64,000 nucleotides of DNA from Thermomicrobiales bacterium (GTDB taxonomy: Bacteria > Chloroflexota > Chloroflexia > Thermomicrobiales > UBA6265): contig JBDHWC010000002.1 in assembly GCA_039809985.1 (NCBI GenBank), positions 21,917-85,916 on the forward strand, in the 5' to 3' direction. Positions 29,312-38,283 of the stretch are shown here, piece by piece; the first letter of the stretch is position 1; every line of letters starts with the position of its first letter. Position numbers and translations under genes: made by a program. Below the pieces are notes generated by a model. It had not been told where the DNA came from. It did not search any database and worked only from the letters and a program-made list of their open reading frames with translations.

Positions 29312-30877
29312 CTACGGGTGGCTCGCCGGGTCGAGCGGGTCGGTCCCGTGGATCATCACCTCGTCGCCGTCGGACCAGCCGTCGCCGTCGGTGTCGGGGT
29401 TGTTCGGGTCGGTGCCGTGCGTGTTGATTTCCTGGCCGTCCAGCAGGCCGTCGCCGTCCGTGTCGACGCTGTAGAGGTCCTGCGTGCCGGTGGCGTCGCC
29501 GCCCGCGGCTGTGCCACCGGAGCCCGTCGATCCGGCTTCTCCGGTGCCGTTGCCGGGGGTCAGCGGATCCGTTCCCTGAGCGATCTCGTCGCCGTCGCCC
29601 ACGCCGTCGCCGTCGGTGTCGAACACGAGCGGCTGCGTCCCGATCTTCACTTCCTGCCCGTCGAGCAGACCGTCGCCGTCGGTGTCCGCCTTGCCCGGGT
29701 CCGTGTTCATCGCCTGTTCTTCGGCATCGGTCAACCCGTCGCCGTCGATGTCCGGACCCGACGTCTCCTCAGTCGCGACCGCCTCAGGGGCGACGGTCGG
29801 CTCCTCCGCGGGAGGCGCTTCGGTCGGCGCTTCCTCGGCCGGGGCCTGTGTCGCCTCCACCACGGCCTCTTCGGGTGGCGTCGGCTCCTCCTGCGCCTGC
29901 GTGTCAGGCGCCTGCTCCTGCGGCGCGACGGTGGCCTCCGCCGCGGCACCGGCCTGCCCCGACTGGCCGGCCTGGTCGTTATTCTTGTTCTTCTTGTCCT
30001 TGGCCTTGTCCTGAGCGGCGTTGGCGTCCGCGTTCGCGGCAGCCTGACCGGCTTGCCCGTTCTGCGCCGCCTTGTCCTTCGCCTGCTTGTCCGCCACGCC
30101 CGCACCGAGCTGCGGCACCTCCGGCCCGATCCTTCCGGCCAGCACGACCGCGCCCTCCGAGCCGCCCGTGAGCGTCAGGTCGCCGCTGAAGCTCCCCGAC
30201 TGCCCCGCGTCGAGGCTGGCCGACGCCCCGTTCGAGGTCGTCACCGTCGCCGCGCCCTCGGTCACCAGCACCACGGTCGGGCCGTCGCCGGCCGCCAGCG
30301 TCGCCGTCTCCCCGGCCGCCAGCGGGTCGCGCACCAGGTCGAGGTCGTGCCGCTTCGCGGGCGCGGCGAATGCCTCGCTCGTGAACGTCACTTGGCCACC
30401 GTCCGGCTTGCCGGCGTCGGTGCCGACCAACTCCAGCGCGTAGTACGCGGCCGGGTCGGACCCGAGCGAGGCTCGAATCTGCTTGCCACCTCCGCTGACG
30501 AACGCCGCCTCGCCGGCCGGCAGGCGATCCTGACTGCCGGTGTCGACGTCCTGCACGAGCAGCGTGCCTTGGTCGGCCACGATGAAGCCGAGCGAGGACC
30601 CGTCTTGGCTCGCCGAGTCCGCAGGATCGCCCGAGCCCTGAACCACGCGCCAGCTCGCGTTCCCCGTCGGCAGGTTGGCGACGCCTTGGGCCACCACGGC
30701 GGCGGTGCCGCTGGCCGGGGAATCCCCGCTCGGTGCCTGCTGGGCAAGCACGCCGAGCAGCGGCGCACCCGTCATCGCCGCGATCGCCAGCAAGCTCGCG
30801 AGGCCGCGGCGCGACCGCGACCTCGTCGCGGCGCGCGGCCGACCGTTCGTCACATCGTCCGAAGTTGACTGCGTCAT
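29312..30877 (-). CDS. secreted protein: cupin-like N-terminal module, Ala/Glu/Pro linker, bacterial TSP3-type Ca-binding repeats
   Basis: Signal peptide ending VLAQ; five D(T/I)DGDG..D.E...GT(D/Q)P-type repeats. Start uncertain (ORF extends to 30988). Confidence 0.8.
   Translation of the reverse strand: MTQSTSDDVTNGRPRAATRSRSRRGLASLLAIAAMTGAPLLGVLAQQAPSGDSPASGTAAVVAQGVANLPTGNASWRVVQGSGDPADSASQDGSSLGFIVADQGTLLVQDVDTGSQDRLPAGEAAFVSGGGKQIRASLGSDPAAYYALELVGTDAGKPDGGQVTFTSEAFAAPAKRHDLDLVRDPLAAGETATLAAGDGPTVVLVTEGAATVTTSNGASASLDAGQSGSFSGDLTLTGGSEGAVVLAGRIGPEVPQLGAGVADKQAKDKAAQNGQAGQAAANADANAAQDKAKDKKNKNNDQAGQSGQAGAAAEATVAPQEQAPDTQAQEEPTPPEEAVVEATQAPAEEAPTEAPPAEEPTVAPEAVATEETSGPDIDGDGLTDAEEQAMNTDPGKADTDGDGLLDGQEVKIGTQPLVFDTDGDGVGDGDEIAQGTDPLTPGNGTGEAGSTGSGGTAAGGDATGTQDLYSVDTDGDGLLDGQEINTHGTDPNNPDTDGDGWSDGDEVMIHGTDPLDPASHP
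29325..29755 (-). repeat. five coding DxDGDG (TSP3-like) repeats
   Basis: Repeated gccgtcgccgtcggtgtc-like units encoding DIDGDGLTD, DTDGDGLLD, DTDGDGVGD, DTDGDGLLD, DTDGDGWSD. Confidence 0.85.
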
Positions 30878-30984
30878 GCGAATCTGTCCCTTCCCTACCG
30901 TGCGTGCTCCCACGGTGCCGAGCGAATCATCACCCACCGACGGGCGTGCCGTCCTCCCCAAACCCTCCGCCTGATGACTGGCTG

Positions 30985-32916
30985 TCACGGCGTCGGAGAC
31001 GCCGCCGTGCCCGGACGCAACGAGTAGACCGCGATCCCGCCCGCGCGCTGGGTGTCCGTGAGCGAGATCGCGAACGCCGGCGGCGACACCGAGACCAAGC
31101 TCGCGCCGGGCGCGATCACGCCGCTCGCGTCAGGCGGCATGGAGACGACGTCGACCGTCACCGGACCGATCGGCACGTCACCCCAAGTCAGCGCGCCCGC
31201 CCCTACCGTGGCCTCGTTCGCACCGCGGCGTTCGCCGTCGGCGGTGACCAGCTCGACGCCGAGGCCTTTGGAAGGGCTGCAAGCATCTGGGCTGAACGTC
31301 TGGGCGGTCATGCCCGCAGGACAGTCGAACAAGGCGACGGTCATCGTCCCGTTGGCGCTCGGCGTGCCTGGGACCGGCGTGGGGCTGGCCGGCGCGCCCG
31401 CCGGTTGCAGGAAGAACGCTCGCAACGCCAGCTCTGGCTGCGACCCGTCGATGGTCAGGGTGTAGTCGCCGGCGGCCGGGTCGAACGTCGCCTCGGGCAC
31501 GACGTAGGTGTCGTAGCCGGCCGGGAGCGAGACGAACCCGAAGCGGTAGGTGCCGGTCGCCAAGCCGGACCACGTCGACCGCCCGCCCGAGCCGGTGTCC
31601 GTCGGCGCAACGGCTTGTCCGCCCGGAGCGGTCAACTGCGGCACGAACCCCGTGTCGACCGCGACGCAGTCGGCCTCGCGCTGGCGCAAGGTGTCCAGCG
31701 TGACCGTCGCGGGGCACGCGAACCCCTCCAGTGTCATCTGCGTCGCGCTCCCCGGCCGCAGGAAGTAGATCGTGGCCGTGAAGTCCGGTTGCGCCGCCGA
31801 CACGGGGAGGCCCGTCGCCGCGCTCTGCGCCGTCGTGCTGCCCGCGCCGATGACCGTGCCCGCGCCGTCGACCACGACGTACCGGTCAAACCCGTTGGGG
31901 ATCGTCACCGGAGACAACGGGAAGGTTCCGAACCTGAGCCCGGACCATCGATCCGTGCCCGTGGCCGAGTCCGACTGGCTCGGCGGCAGCGACGAGCCGT
32001 CAGCCAGCGCCAAGGTCGGCGGCGGGGTGAGCGTGACCGGGCTGCACGCCGTCGTGTCGTCGACTGCCACCGTGCTGCCGGCAAACGCATCGGGATCAAT
32101 CGAGGCGGGGCAGCCGCGGGCGACGAGGGCGATCGAGCCGGTCGGCGGCACCGGCGGCGCGGGCATCTCCGGCCCGATCACTGCCGCGACCACCACGGCG
32201 GGCTGGGTCCCGATGGAAGCGATGGTCAGGTTGCCGGCGAGCGACGCGGCATGTCCGGCAGTCAGGCGCACGGGAAGCTGGCCGCTCGACCTCACCTCAA
32301 GCTCGCCGTCGGTGGCGAGGACCAAGGCCGGCAGGTTCGGCGACGCGATGGAGGTGCTCTCGCCCTGCCTCAGAACGTCCCGGACGAGCGCGATGTCGAA
32401 CGCCCGGCCGACGGGGGCGGCGAACAGACTGCCGGCCAGCACCATCCGGTCGCCGCCGGCGTCGTTCGCCTGCTCTGCCGCGACCAGCGCCACGCGGTAG
32501 TACGGCGCGTCGGCGCTGCCCAGGCTGACGCGCTGCTGCTGCGCGCCGGACGGCACGAAGATCGCCTCGCCCGGTGCCAGTCGCCATTGCTGGCCGCTGC
32601 CGGTGTCGTTCACCGCCAGCGCAGCGCGGTCGGCGACGGCGAATCCGAGCGCGCGCTGCTCGGTCTCGGCCGCGGCGGGAAGTTCCGCCGTGTCGGCGAC
32701 AACTCGCCACGCGATTGATTCGGCCGGTATCGGCGCAACGCCGTGCGCGATGACCTGCGCGTGCCCGGTCGCGGGCGACGGCGCGTTTGCCGTCTGCAAC
32801 TGGACTGCCGCGGCAACCGCCGTCGGCAAGACCACCGCCGTCGCGACTGCGAGCAGGAGACGCCTGCCAGCGGATCGCCTCCAGCCGCGTCCCCATCGGT
32901 TCCCGCGGTCGCGCAC
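30985..32916 (-). CDS. secreted protein: the same cupin-like N-terminal module plus three Cys-pair beta-sandwich repeats
   Basis: Signal peptide; AQVIAHGVAPIP..WRVV parallels AVVAQGVANLP..WRVV of the neighbour; three CP...C units, each followed by W(S/G)(G/D)(L/V)xxG. Confidence 0.8.
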   Translation of the reverse strand: MRDRGNRWGRGWRRSAGRRLLLAVATAVVLPTAVAAAVQLQTANAPSPATGHAQVIAHGVAPIPAESIAWRVVADTAELPAAAETEQRALGFAVADRAALAVNDTGSGQQWRLAPGEAIFVPSGAQQQRVSLGSADAPYYRVALVAAEQANDAGGDRMVLAGSLFAAPVGRAFDIALVRDVLRQGESTSIASPNLPALVLATDGELEVRSSGQLPVRLTAGHAASLAGNLTIASIGTQPAVVVAAVIGPEMPAPPVPPTGSIALVARGCPASIDPDAFAGSTVAVDDTTACSPVTLTPPPTLALADGSSLPPSQSDSATGTDRWSGLRFGTFPLSPVTIPNGFDRYVVVDGAGTVIGAGSTTAQSAATGLPVSAAQPDFTATIYFLRPGSATQMTLEGFACPATVTLDTLRQREADCVAVDTGFVPQLTAPGGQAVAPTDTGSGGRSTWSGLATGTYRFGFVSLPAGYDTYVVPEATFDPAAGDYTLTIDGSQPELALRAFFLQPAGAPASPTPVPGTPSANGTMTVALFDCPAGMTAQTFSPDACSPSKGLGVELVTADGERRGANEATVGAGALTWGDVPIGPVTVDVVSMPPDASGVIAPGASLVSVSPPAFAISLTDTQRAGGIAVYSLRPGTAASPTP

Positions 32917-33114
32917 GTTGTTCCCCCTGTCCGTACGGGCACGTCGTTGCGCCCTTCAAACGACTGAACGAACAGGCGTGGGCCTTCGGTTTCGCAACCA
33001 CAGGGCGAGGATGCCGCGTCCGGCGTGCGCGGGTCGACAATCGTGGGGCGTCAGGTGCGATCCTATGCGATCGTCGGCAACGGGCCAAAGCCGTCGAGCC
33101 GGGGGGCGAACTGG

Positions 33115-33831
33115 ATGCGCGTGGTCGTGATGTCGGATGTCCACGGGTTCAGTCTCGCCTTGGCCCGGGTGCTCGACGACGTGGCAGCGATCGGGCCGCT
33201 TGACGGCTTGGTCGTCGCCGGTGACTTGGTGGAGGTTGGGCCGGACCCGCGTGGGTCGCTCGATCTGCTCGTCGCCTCCGGGGCCGACCTGCTCGTCGGC
33301 AACACCGATCTCGACGTGGTCGACGCAGCCCGACATGGCACGGGTGGCGCCGTCGACCACCACGCGGCGGCGGCACTCGGCGAGACCGGCATCGACCGCC
33401 TCGCCGAGCTTCGGTTCTCTTGCCGCTTCACGCCGCCCGGCGCGGACTCCCCGGACGACGACCTGCTCGTGGTGCACGCCAACCCGCACGACGTGCGGCG
33501 GCGGCTGAACCCGGAGCTGAGCGACCGGGCCGTGCGCGACGTGCTCGGGGACGCCAAGTTCTCGGCCCTGGCCTTCGGCCACCACCACGTTGCCTACCAG
33601 CGTCGCCTCGACGGTCGGCTGCTCGTCGATGTCTCCGCGGTCGGCAATCCGAAGGACGGCGATCTCCGCTGCCGGTACGGGGTCTTCACGTGGGACGCGG
33701 GCGCGTCCAGTTGGATGGCGGAGCATCGCTATGTCGACTACCCGCTCGAAGCCACCATCAGGCAGATCGAGGCAAGCAGTCTGCCCGACAAACTGGGGAC
33801 GATCCAGCGGCTGCTCCGGGCATCCTACTGA
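33115..33831 (+). CDS. YfcE-like metallophosphoesterase
   Basis: SDVHG, GDLV, GNTD, VVHANP, FGHHH, AVGNPKDGD. Confidence 0.88.
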   Translation: MRVVVMSDVHGFSLALARVLDDVAAIGPLDGLVVAGDLVEVGPDPRGSLDLLVASGADLLVGNTDLDVVDAARHGTGGAVDHHAAAALGETGIDRLAELRFSCRFTPPGADSPDDDLLVVHANPHDVRRRLNPELSDRAVRDVLGDAKFSALAFGHHHVAYQRRLDGRLLVDVSAVGNPKDGDLRCRYGVFTWDAGASSWMAEHRYVDYPLEATIRQIEASSLPDKLGTIQRLLRASY

Positions 33832-33989
33832 CGAGGACCGGTCGCCCGGCCGGCAGTTGTCCGACAGATGACGCCGTCGTCCGAGCAACTTGTGCTCTGG
33901 GGTCCACAACGTCGTTGCGCCGCCCGTCGGCCGCGTTGCGCGCGGAAACCTGCAGGCTCAGAAGTGACGTCCCTGCAGACACGCACCGA

Positions 33990-34011
33990 GGCCGTCCCCG
34001 AAGGGACGGCC
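33990..34011 (-). terminator. stem-loop with cUUCGg tetraloop downstream of the Gly/Asn-rich gene pair
   Basis: Minus strand GGCCGTCCC-TTCG-GGGACGGCC, about 28 nt after the stop. Confidence 0.6.
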
Positions 34012-34039
34012 CCGATTGAACCTTGCGTTGTCGGCAGCG

Positions 34040-34321
34040 CTAGCTGACGAAGGCGAGGTTGTAGTTGCCGCCCGAGGCGTCGGCGATGCCGGTGCCGCCG
34101 TTCGCCGAGAGGCCGAGGTCGGTGTTGTTCGAGATGTAGCCGCCGTTGATGACGGGATCCTGGTAGGAGTTGCCAACGCTGATCGCGTTGCCAACGTTCC
34201 CGCCGCTGTTGATGTCGCCGCCGGAGATGGCACCACCGTTGGCACCGGCCGTGGCCACCCCGCCGTTGCCGGCCGAGGCGACGAACGGGCCGCAGCACTG
34301 CGCGAAAATCTCGCTGCTCAT
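34040..34321 (-). CDS. small Gly/Asn/Ala/Ser-rich protein (93 aa), paralogue B
   Basis: MSSEIFAQCCGPFVASAGNGG...SANGGTGIADASGGNYNLAFVS; AAGGGGAG RBS; aligns end to end with the neighbour. Confidence 0.85.
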   Translation of the reverse strand: MSSEIFAQCCGPFVASAGNGGVATAGANGGAISGGDINSGGNVGNAISVGNSYQDPVINGGYISNNTDLGLSANGGTGIADASGGNYNLAFVS

Positions 34322-34347
34322 GAGACTCCCCTTCAACCCCGTTTCAG

Positions 34348-34382
34348 CGCATCGCCGCCCCGAGTGCCGGGGCGGCGATGCG
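34348..34382. promoter_or_regulatory. perfect 15-bp intergenic stem-loop between the two paralogues
   Basis: CGCATCGCCGCCCCG-AGTGC-CGGGGCGGCGATGCG. Confidence 0.65.
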
Positions 34383-34402
34383 GGAGATCAGTGCCTTCAG
34401 GC

Positions 34403-34675
34403 TTAGCTGACGAAGGCGAGGTTGTAGTTGCCGCCCGAGGCGTCGGCGATGCCGGTGCCGCCGTTGGCGGAAACGCCAAGGCCGGTGTTGTTCGAGATCG
34501 TGCCGCCGTTGACGGAGACGTCGCCGCCCCAAGTGTCACCAACGCCGATCGCGTTGCCGGCGTTCGAGCCGCTGTTGATGTCCCCGAGGGACGCCGCCCC
34601 GCCGCTCGCGCCCGCCGACGCGACGCCGCCGTTGCCAGCCGAGGCCGTGTACTGCGCGAAAAGCTCGTCGCTCAT
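34403..34675 (-). CDS. small Gly/Asn/Ala/Ser-rich protein (90 aa), paralogue A
   Basis: MSDELFAQYTASAGNGG...SANGGTGIADASGGNYNLAFVS; GGAGGGAG RBS. Confidence 0.85.
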   Translation of the reverse strand: MSDELFAQYTASAGNGGVASAGASGGAASLGDINSGSNAGNAIGVGDTWGGDVSVNGGTISNNTGLGVSANGGTGIADASGGNYNLAFVS

Positions 34676-34768
34676 GATTGTCTCCCTCCCTGGAGAGCCC
34701 GTTACCCACTACCCGTTTCGCCCGAGTCCGACCCGTTTCGGAGCCTGCTCGGTTCGAAACCCCGCCTT

Positions 34769-34821
34769 ACGCTACCATCCAGTCCCCCCACTGTCAATGC
34801 CGGGGTGTCCGGACAACCCGG
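34769..34821 (-). promoter_or_regulatory. sigma70-type promoter with adjacent palindromic operator for the small-protein pair
   Basis: Minus strand TTGACA (34797-34792)-17 nt-TAGCGT with TG extension; palindrome CCGGGGTGTCCGGACAACCCGG at 34800-34821. Confidence 0.6.
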
Positions 34822-34981
34822 ACTTTCGTGCAGCCGATCCGGTGCCGTCAGAGTCAATCGGCACGTGGGGCGCAGCAAGGCGGCGAGCTGCGCGACCGCC
34901 TCTCTTCGCGGGAACAGACAGGAGCGCTAGAATCTCGCGCCTCGTCAAGGATGCAGGCGTCGCGCGACCCGGGGGACTCCG

Positions 34982-36037
34982 TTGGCTGACCTCAACCTCC
35001 CGCTCCTGAAGCAACTGTGCGAGACACCGGCAGTGCCGAGCCGCGAGGACGCCATGCGCGAACTCGTCGCCCGCGAGATTCGGCCGCTGGTCGACGACCT
35101 GCGCGTCGACGTCCTCGGCAACCTGGTCGCCACGCGGCACGGGGCGCGGCCACGGGTCATGCTGGCGGCGCACATGGACGAGATCGGGTTCCTCGTCCGA
35201 CACATCGACGACAAGGGGTTCGTCCGGTTGCAGCCGGTCGGCGGCTTCGACCCGCGGACGCTGGTGGCCCAGCGCGTGGTCGTCCACGGGTTCGCCGGCC
35301 AGCGGCTCGTCGGCGCGCTTCAGCCGGGAACCAAGCCGATCCACGTCCTTGATCCCTCGGAGGTGAAGCCGCTCAAACTCGAGGAGCTTTACGTCGATCT
35401 TGGGATGGCAGCCGATGCGGTGCGGTCCATGGTCGAGGTCGGTGACATGGTGACCCTCGACCGCGGGCTCGAGCCGGTCGGCGACTGCGTGGTCAGCCGG
35501 GCGCTCGACGACCGGGTCGGGCTCTTCGTCATGATCGAGGCGATGCGCGCCGCGACCGGCACCGCATGCGAGATCGTGGCCGTCGCCACCACCCAGGAGG
35601 AGGTCGGCCTGCGCGGGGCTCGCACCTCCGCCCACGCGGTGCAGCCCGACGTTTCCGTGGCGCTCGACGTCACGCTCGCGGTCGACACGCCCGGCGGCAG
35701 CCCGGAAGCGGCGGTGACCGAGCTCGGCAAGGGCGTCGCCCTGAAGGTGATGGATTCCTCCCACCTCAGCAACCCGAAGCTCGTGCGCCATTTCCGCGAC
35801 CTCGCGGACGAGGCCGACATCCCCTACCAGCTCGAGCTGCTGCCGCGCGGCGGCACCGACGCCGGCGCGATGCAACTCTCCCGCGACGGCTCGGCGGCGA
35901 TCACGATCTCGATCCCGACCCGTTACGTCCACACGGTGAACGAGATGGCAAGCCAAGCCGACATCGCCGGCGCGATCGACCTGCTCGCCCGATTCCTCGG
36001 GACGGTCGGCGACCGCGACTACGGCTACGCGGTGTGA
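34982..36037 (+). CDS. M42-family metallo-aminopeptidase
   Basis: AAHMDEIG, ALDDRVG, TQEEVGLRGA, ALDVT, GGTDAG, RYVH; TTG start. Confidence 0.93.
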   Translation: MADLNLPLLKQLCETPAVPSREDAMRELVAREIRPLVDDLRVDVLGNLVATRHGARPRVMLAAHMDEIGFLVRHIDDKGFVRLQPVGGFDPRTLVAQRVVVHGFAGQRLVGALQPGTKPIHVLDPSEVKPLKLEELYVDLGMAADAVRSMVEVGDMVTLDRGLEPVGDCVVSRALDDRVGLFVMIEAMRAATGTACEIVAVATTQEEVGLRGARTSAHAVQPDVSVALDVTLAVDTPGGSPEAAVTELGKGVALKVMDSSHLSNPKLVRHFRDLADEADIPYQLELLPRGGTDAGAMQLSRDGSAAITISIPTRYVHTVNEMASQADIAGAIDLLARFLGTVGDRDYGYAV

Positions 36038-36054
36038 GCGGGGCACGATCGGCG

Positions 36055-36084
36055 TTGACGCCCGTTTCCGGCCTGTCGTACACT
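36055..36084 (+). promoter_or_regulatory. promoter of tRNA-Ala
   Basis: TTGACG-18 nt-TACACT just upstream of the tRNA. Confidence 0.6.
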
Positions 36085-36095
36085 CCGACCGCCTT

Positions 36096-36168
<73 letters not shown>

Positions 36169-36184
36169 CCCTCGGGGGACCACG

Positions 36185-36212
36185 AACGGCCCGGGCTTCT
36201 GCCCGGGCCGTT
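36185..36212. terminator. hairpin between convergent tRNA-Ala and ftsH
   Basis: AACGGCCCGGGC-TTCT-GCCCGGGCCGTT. Confidence 0.65.
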
Positions 36213-36237
36213 GTCATGGTGCGCGACGGCAGATGCG

Positions 36238-38199
36238 TCAGTCGGCCGGCTGCGGGGCGAGACGACCCGGCGCGGCCGGGTAGTCACGGTCCGGTCGACC
36301 GGGGTGCCCGTCGGCGGGCCGCGCCGCTGGGCGCCCGGTCGGCGGCCCGACCAAGTCCGGTCGCGGCCGCGGGCCGTCGAACAGCGCCTCGAGGTCGTCC
36401 CCCTCGATCGTCTCCTCACGGATCAGGAGCTGGGCGATCGCCTCGAGCTTGTCGGCGTGGTCCGCGAGGATCGCCTTCGCCCGTTGGTGCGCGGTCTCGA
36501 CAAGGTCGCGGATCTCCTGGTCGATCAGGTAGGCAACCTCGTCGCTGTAGTTCCGCTGCTCGCTGATCTCGCGGCCGAGAAAGACGAGCTCGTCCTTCTT
36601 GCCGAAGGCGAGCGGCCCGAGGGTCCGGCTCATCCCGAACTCGGTCACCATCCGGCGCGCGATCGCCGTCGCCCGCTCGATGTCGTTGGCAGCCCCGGTC
36701 GACTGCTCCTCGAACACCATCAGCTCGGCGACGTGGCCGGCCATGAAGACCGCCAGTTCGTCCTCGAACTGGGCCTTCGTCTTGAACAGCCGGTCCTCGT
36801 CCGGGACGACCCGGGTGTAGCCGCCCATCATGCCGCGGGCAACGATGCTCACCTTCCGCACCGGGTCGGCGTGCGGCAGCATCCGGGCCACCAGCGCGTG
36901 CCCGGCCTCGTGGTAGGCGGTCATCGACCGCTCGCGCTCGGAGATGACGCGGCTCTTGCGCTGCGGCCCCGCCAGCACCCGGTCGATCGCCTCGGTCATC
37001 TCGTCGCGACCGACGGTCTTCTTGTTGCGCCGTGCGGCGAGGATCGCCGCCTCGTTGACCAGGTTCTCGAGGTCGGCCCCGGAGAAGCCGGGCGTCTGCC
37101 GGGCGAGGTTCTCGATCGAGACGTCCTCCTCCAGCGGCTTGCCGCGGGCGTGGACCGACAGGATCGCGGTTCGGCCCTGGATGTCGGGCCGGTCGAGAAT
37201 CACCTGCCGATCGAAGCGCCCCGGCCGCAGCAGCGCGGGGTCGAGCACGTCGGGCCGGTTCGTCGCCGCGACGACGATTACGTTGGTCGAGCTGTCGAAG
37301 CCGTCCATCTCGACCAGGATTTGGTTCAAGGTCTGCTCGCGCTCGTCGTGGCTGCCGCCGAGCCCCGCGCCGCGCTGCCGCCCGACCGCGTCGATCTCGT
37401 CGACGAAGACGATGCACGGCGCGTTGCGCTTCGCCTGCTCGAACAGGTCACGCACCCGGCTCGCGCCGACGCCGACGAACATCTCGACGAACTCCGAGCC
37501 GGAGATCGAGAAGAACGGCACCCCGGCCTCGCCGGCGACGGCCCGCGAGAGGAGCGTCTTGCCGGTCCCAGGCGGCCCGACCAGCAGCACGCCGCGCGGG
37601 ATGCGCGCCCCGAGCGAGGCGAACTTGTCCGGGTACTTCAGGAACTCGACGACCTCGACTAGTTCCTCCTTCGCCTCGTCGACGCCCGCGACGTCGGCGA
37701 AGGTGACGGTCGGCTTGTTGCCGGTGAAGAGCCGGGCCCGGCTCTTCCCGAACGACATCGCCTGGTTGTTGCTCCCCTGGGCCTGCCGCATCATGAAGGC
37801 GAAGACGCCGATCAGCAGCGCGGTCGGCAGGATCAGGGTCAGCACGCTCAGCCAGCCGCCCCAGCGGCTCGCCGGCTCGAACTCGATCAGGCCGGGCGGC
37901 AGGGAAGCGGGATCGACCCCGTAGGTCTTGAGGACGGTCAGCAGGTCCGCGCCGGGCGGCATGGTCATCACCGCGTCGCGGCGCCCGGCCTCTGGCACGT
38001 ACTGGACGACGACGTTGCCGCTGTCCTCGGACTGGGTCAGCTTGGCGACCTTGTCGTCCCGCAGCTCGGCGACCACGTTGCCGATGCTGCGTTGGGTGGG
38101 GCCGCCCTCGCCGCCGACCAGCGTGAACCAGAGCGCGACGACGGCGACGACCAGAACGATCCAGACAAACCCGTTGCGCAGCCGTTTCGTGTCGCGCAT
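36238..38199 (-). CDS. ftsH: ATP-dependent zinc metalloprotease FtsH
   Basis: Two TM helices; [32 protein letters not shown]. Confidence 0.98.
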   Translation of the reverse strand: MRDTKRLRNGFVWIVLVVAVVALWFTLVGGEGGPTQRSIGNVVAELRDDKVAKLTQSEDSGNVVVQYVPEAGRRDAVMTMPPGADLLTVLKTYGVDPASLPPGLIEFEPASRWGGWLSVLTLILPTALLIGVFAFMMRQAQGSNNQAMSFGKSRARLFTGNKPTVTFADVAGVDEAKEELVEVVEFLKYPDKFASLGARIPRGVLLVGPPGTGKTLLSRAVAGEAGVPFFSISGSEFVEMFVGVGASRVRDLFEQAKRNAPCIVFVDEIDAVGRQRGAGLGGSHDEREQTLNQILVEMDGFDSSTNVIVVAATNRPDVLDPALLRPGRFDRQVILDRPDIQGRTAILSVHARGKPLEEDVSIENLARQTPGFSGADLENLVNEAAILAARRNKKTVGRDEMTEAIDRVLAGPQRKSRVISERERSMTAYHEAGHALVARMLPHADPVRKVSIVARGMMGGYTRVVPDEDRLFKTKAQFEDELAVFMAGHVAELMVFEEQSTGAANDIERATAIARRMVTEFGMSRTLGPLAFGKKDELVFLGREISEQRNYSDEVAYLIDQEIRDLVETAHQRAKAILADHADKLEAIAQLLIREETIEGDDLEALFDGPRPRPDLVGPPTGRPAARPADGHPGRPDRDYPAAPGRLAPQPAD

Positions 38200-38283
38200 G
38201 CATGCTCCTGGCGGGCGGGATGCCGCGCCGTGCGGGCTTCCGGCGCGGTGGGTCGGCAGGCCCTGAGTATAGCGAAATCGCGG

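Noticed and set aside
29325-29755. Repeated gccgtcgccgtcggtgtc units resembling a CRISPR or non-coding array
   Set aside because: They are in-frame DxDGDG protein repeats with variable sequence and irregular spacing; no cas genes.
34041-34465. 62-nt repeat as a DGR template/variable region or CRISPR repeat
   Set aside because: Only two copies, with no adenine-specific mismatches, no reverse transcriptase and no cas gene in the window.
34676-34765. Leader of the small-protein cassette as a known riboswitch (for example c-di-GMP)
   Set aside because: I could not match the conserved core of any known class by eye; kept only as an unassigned motif.
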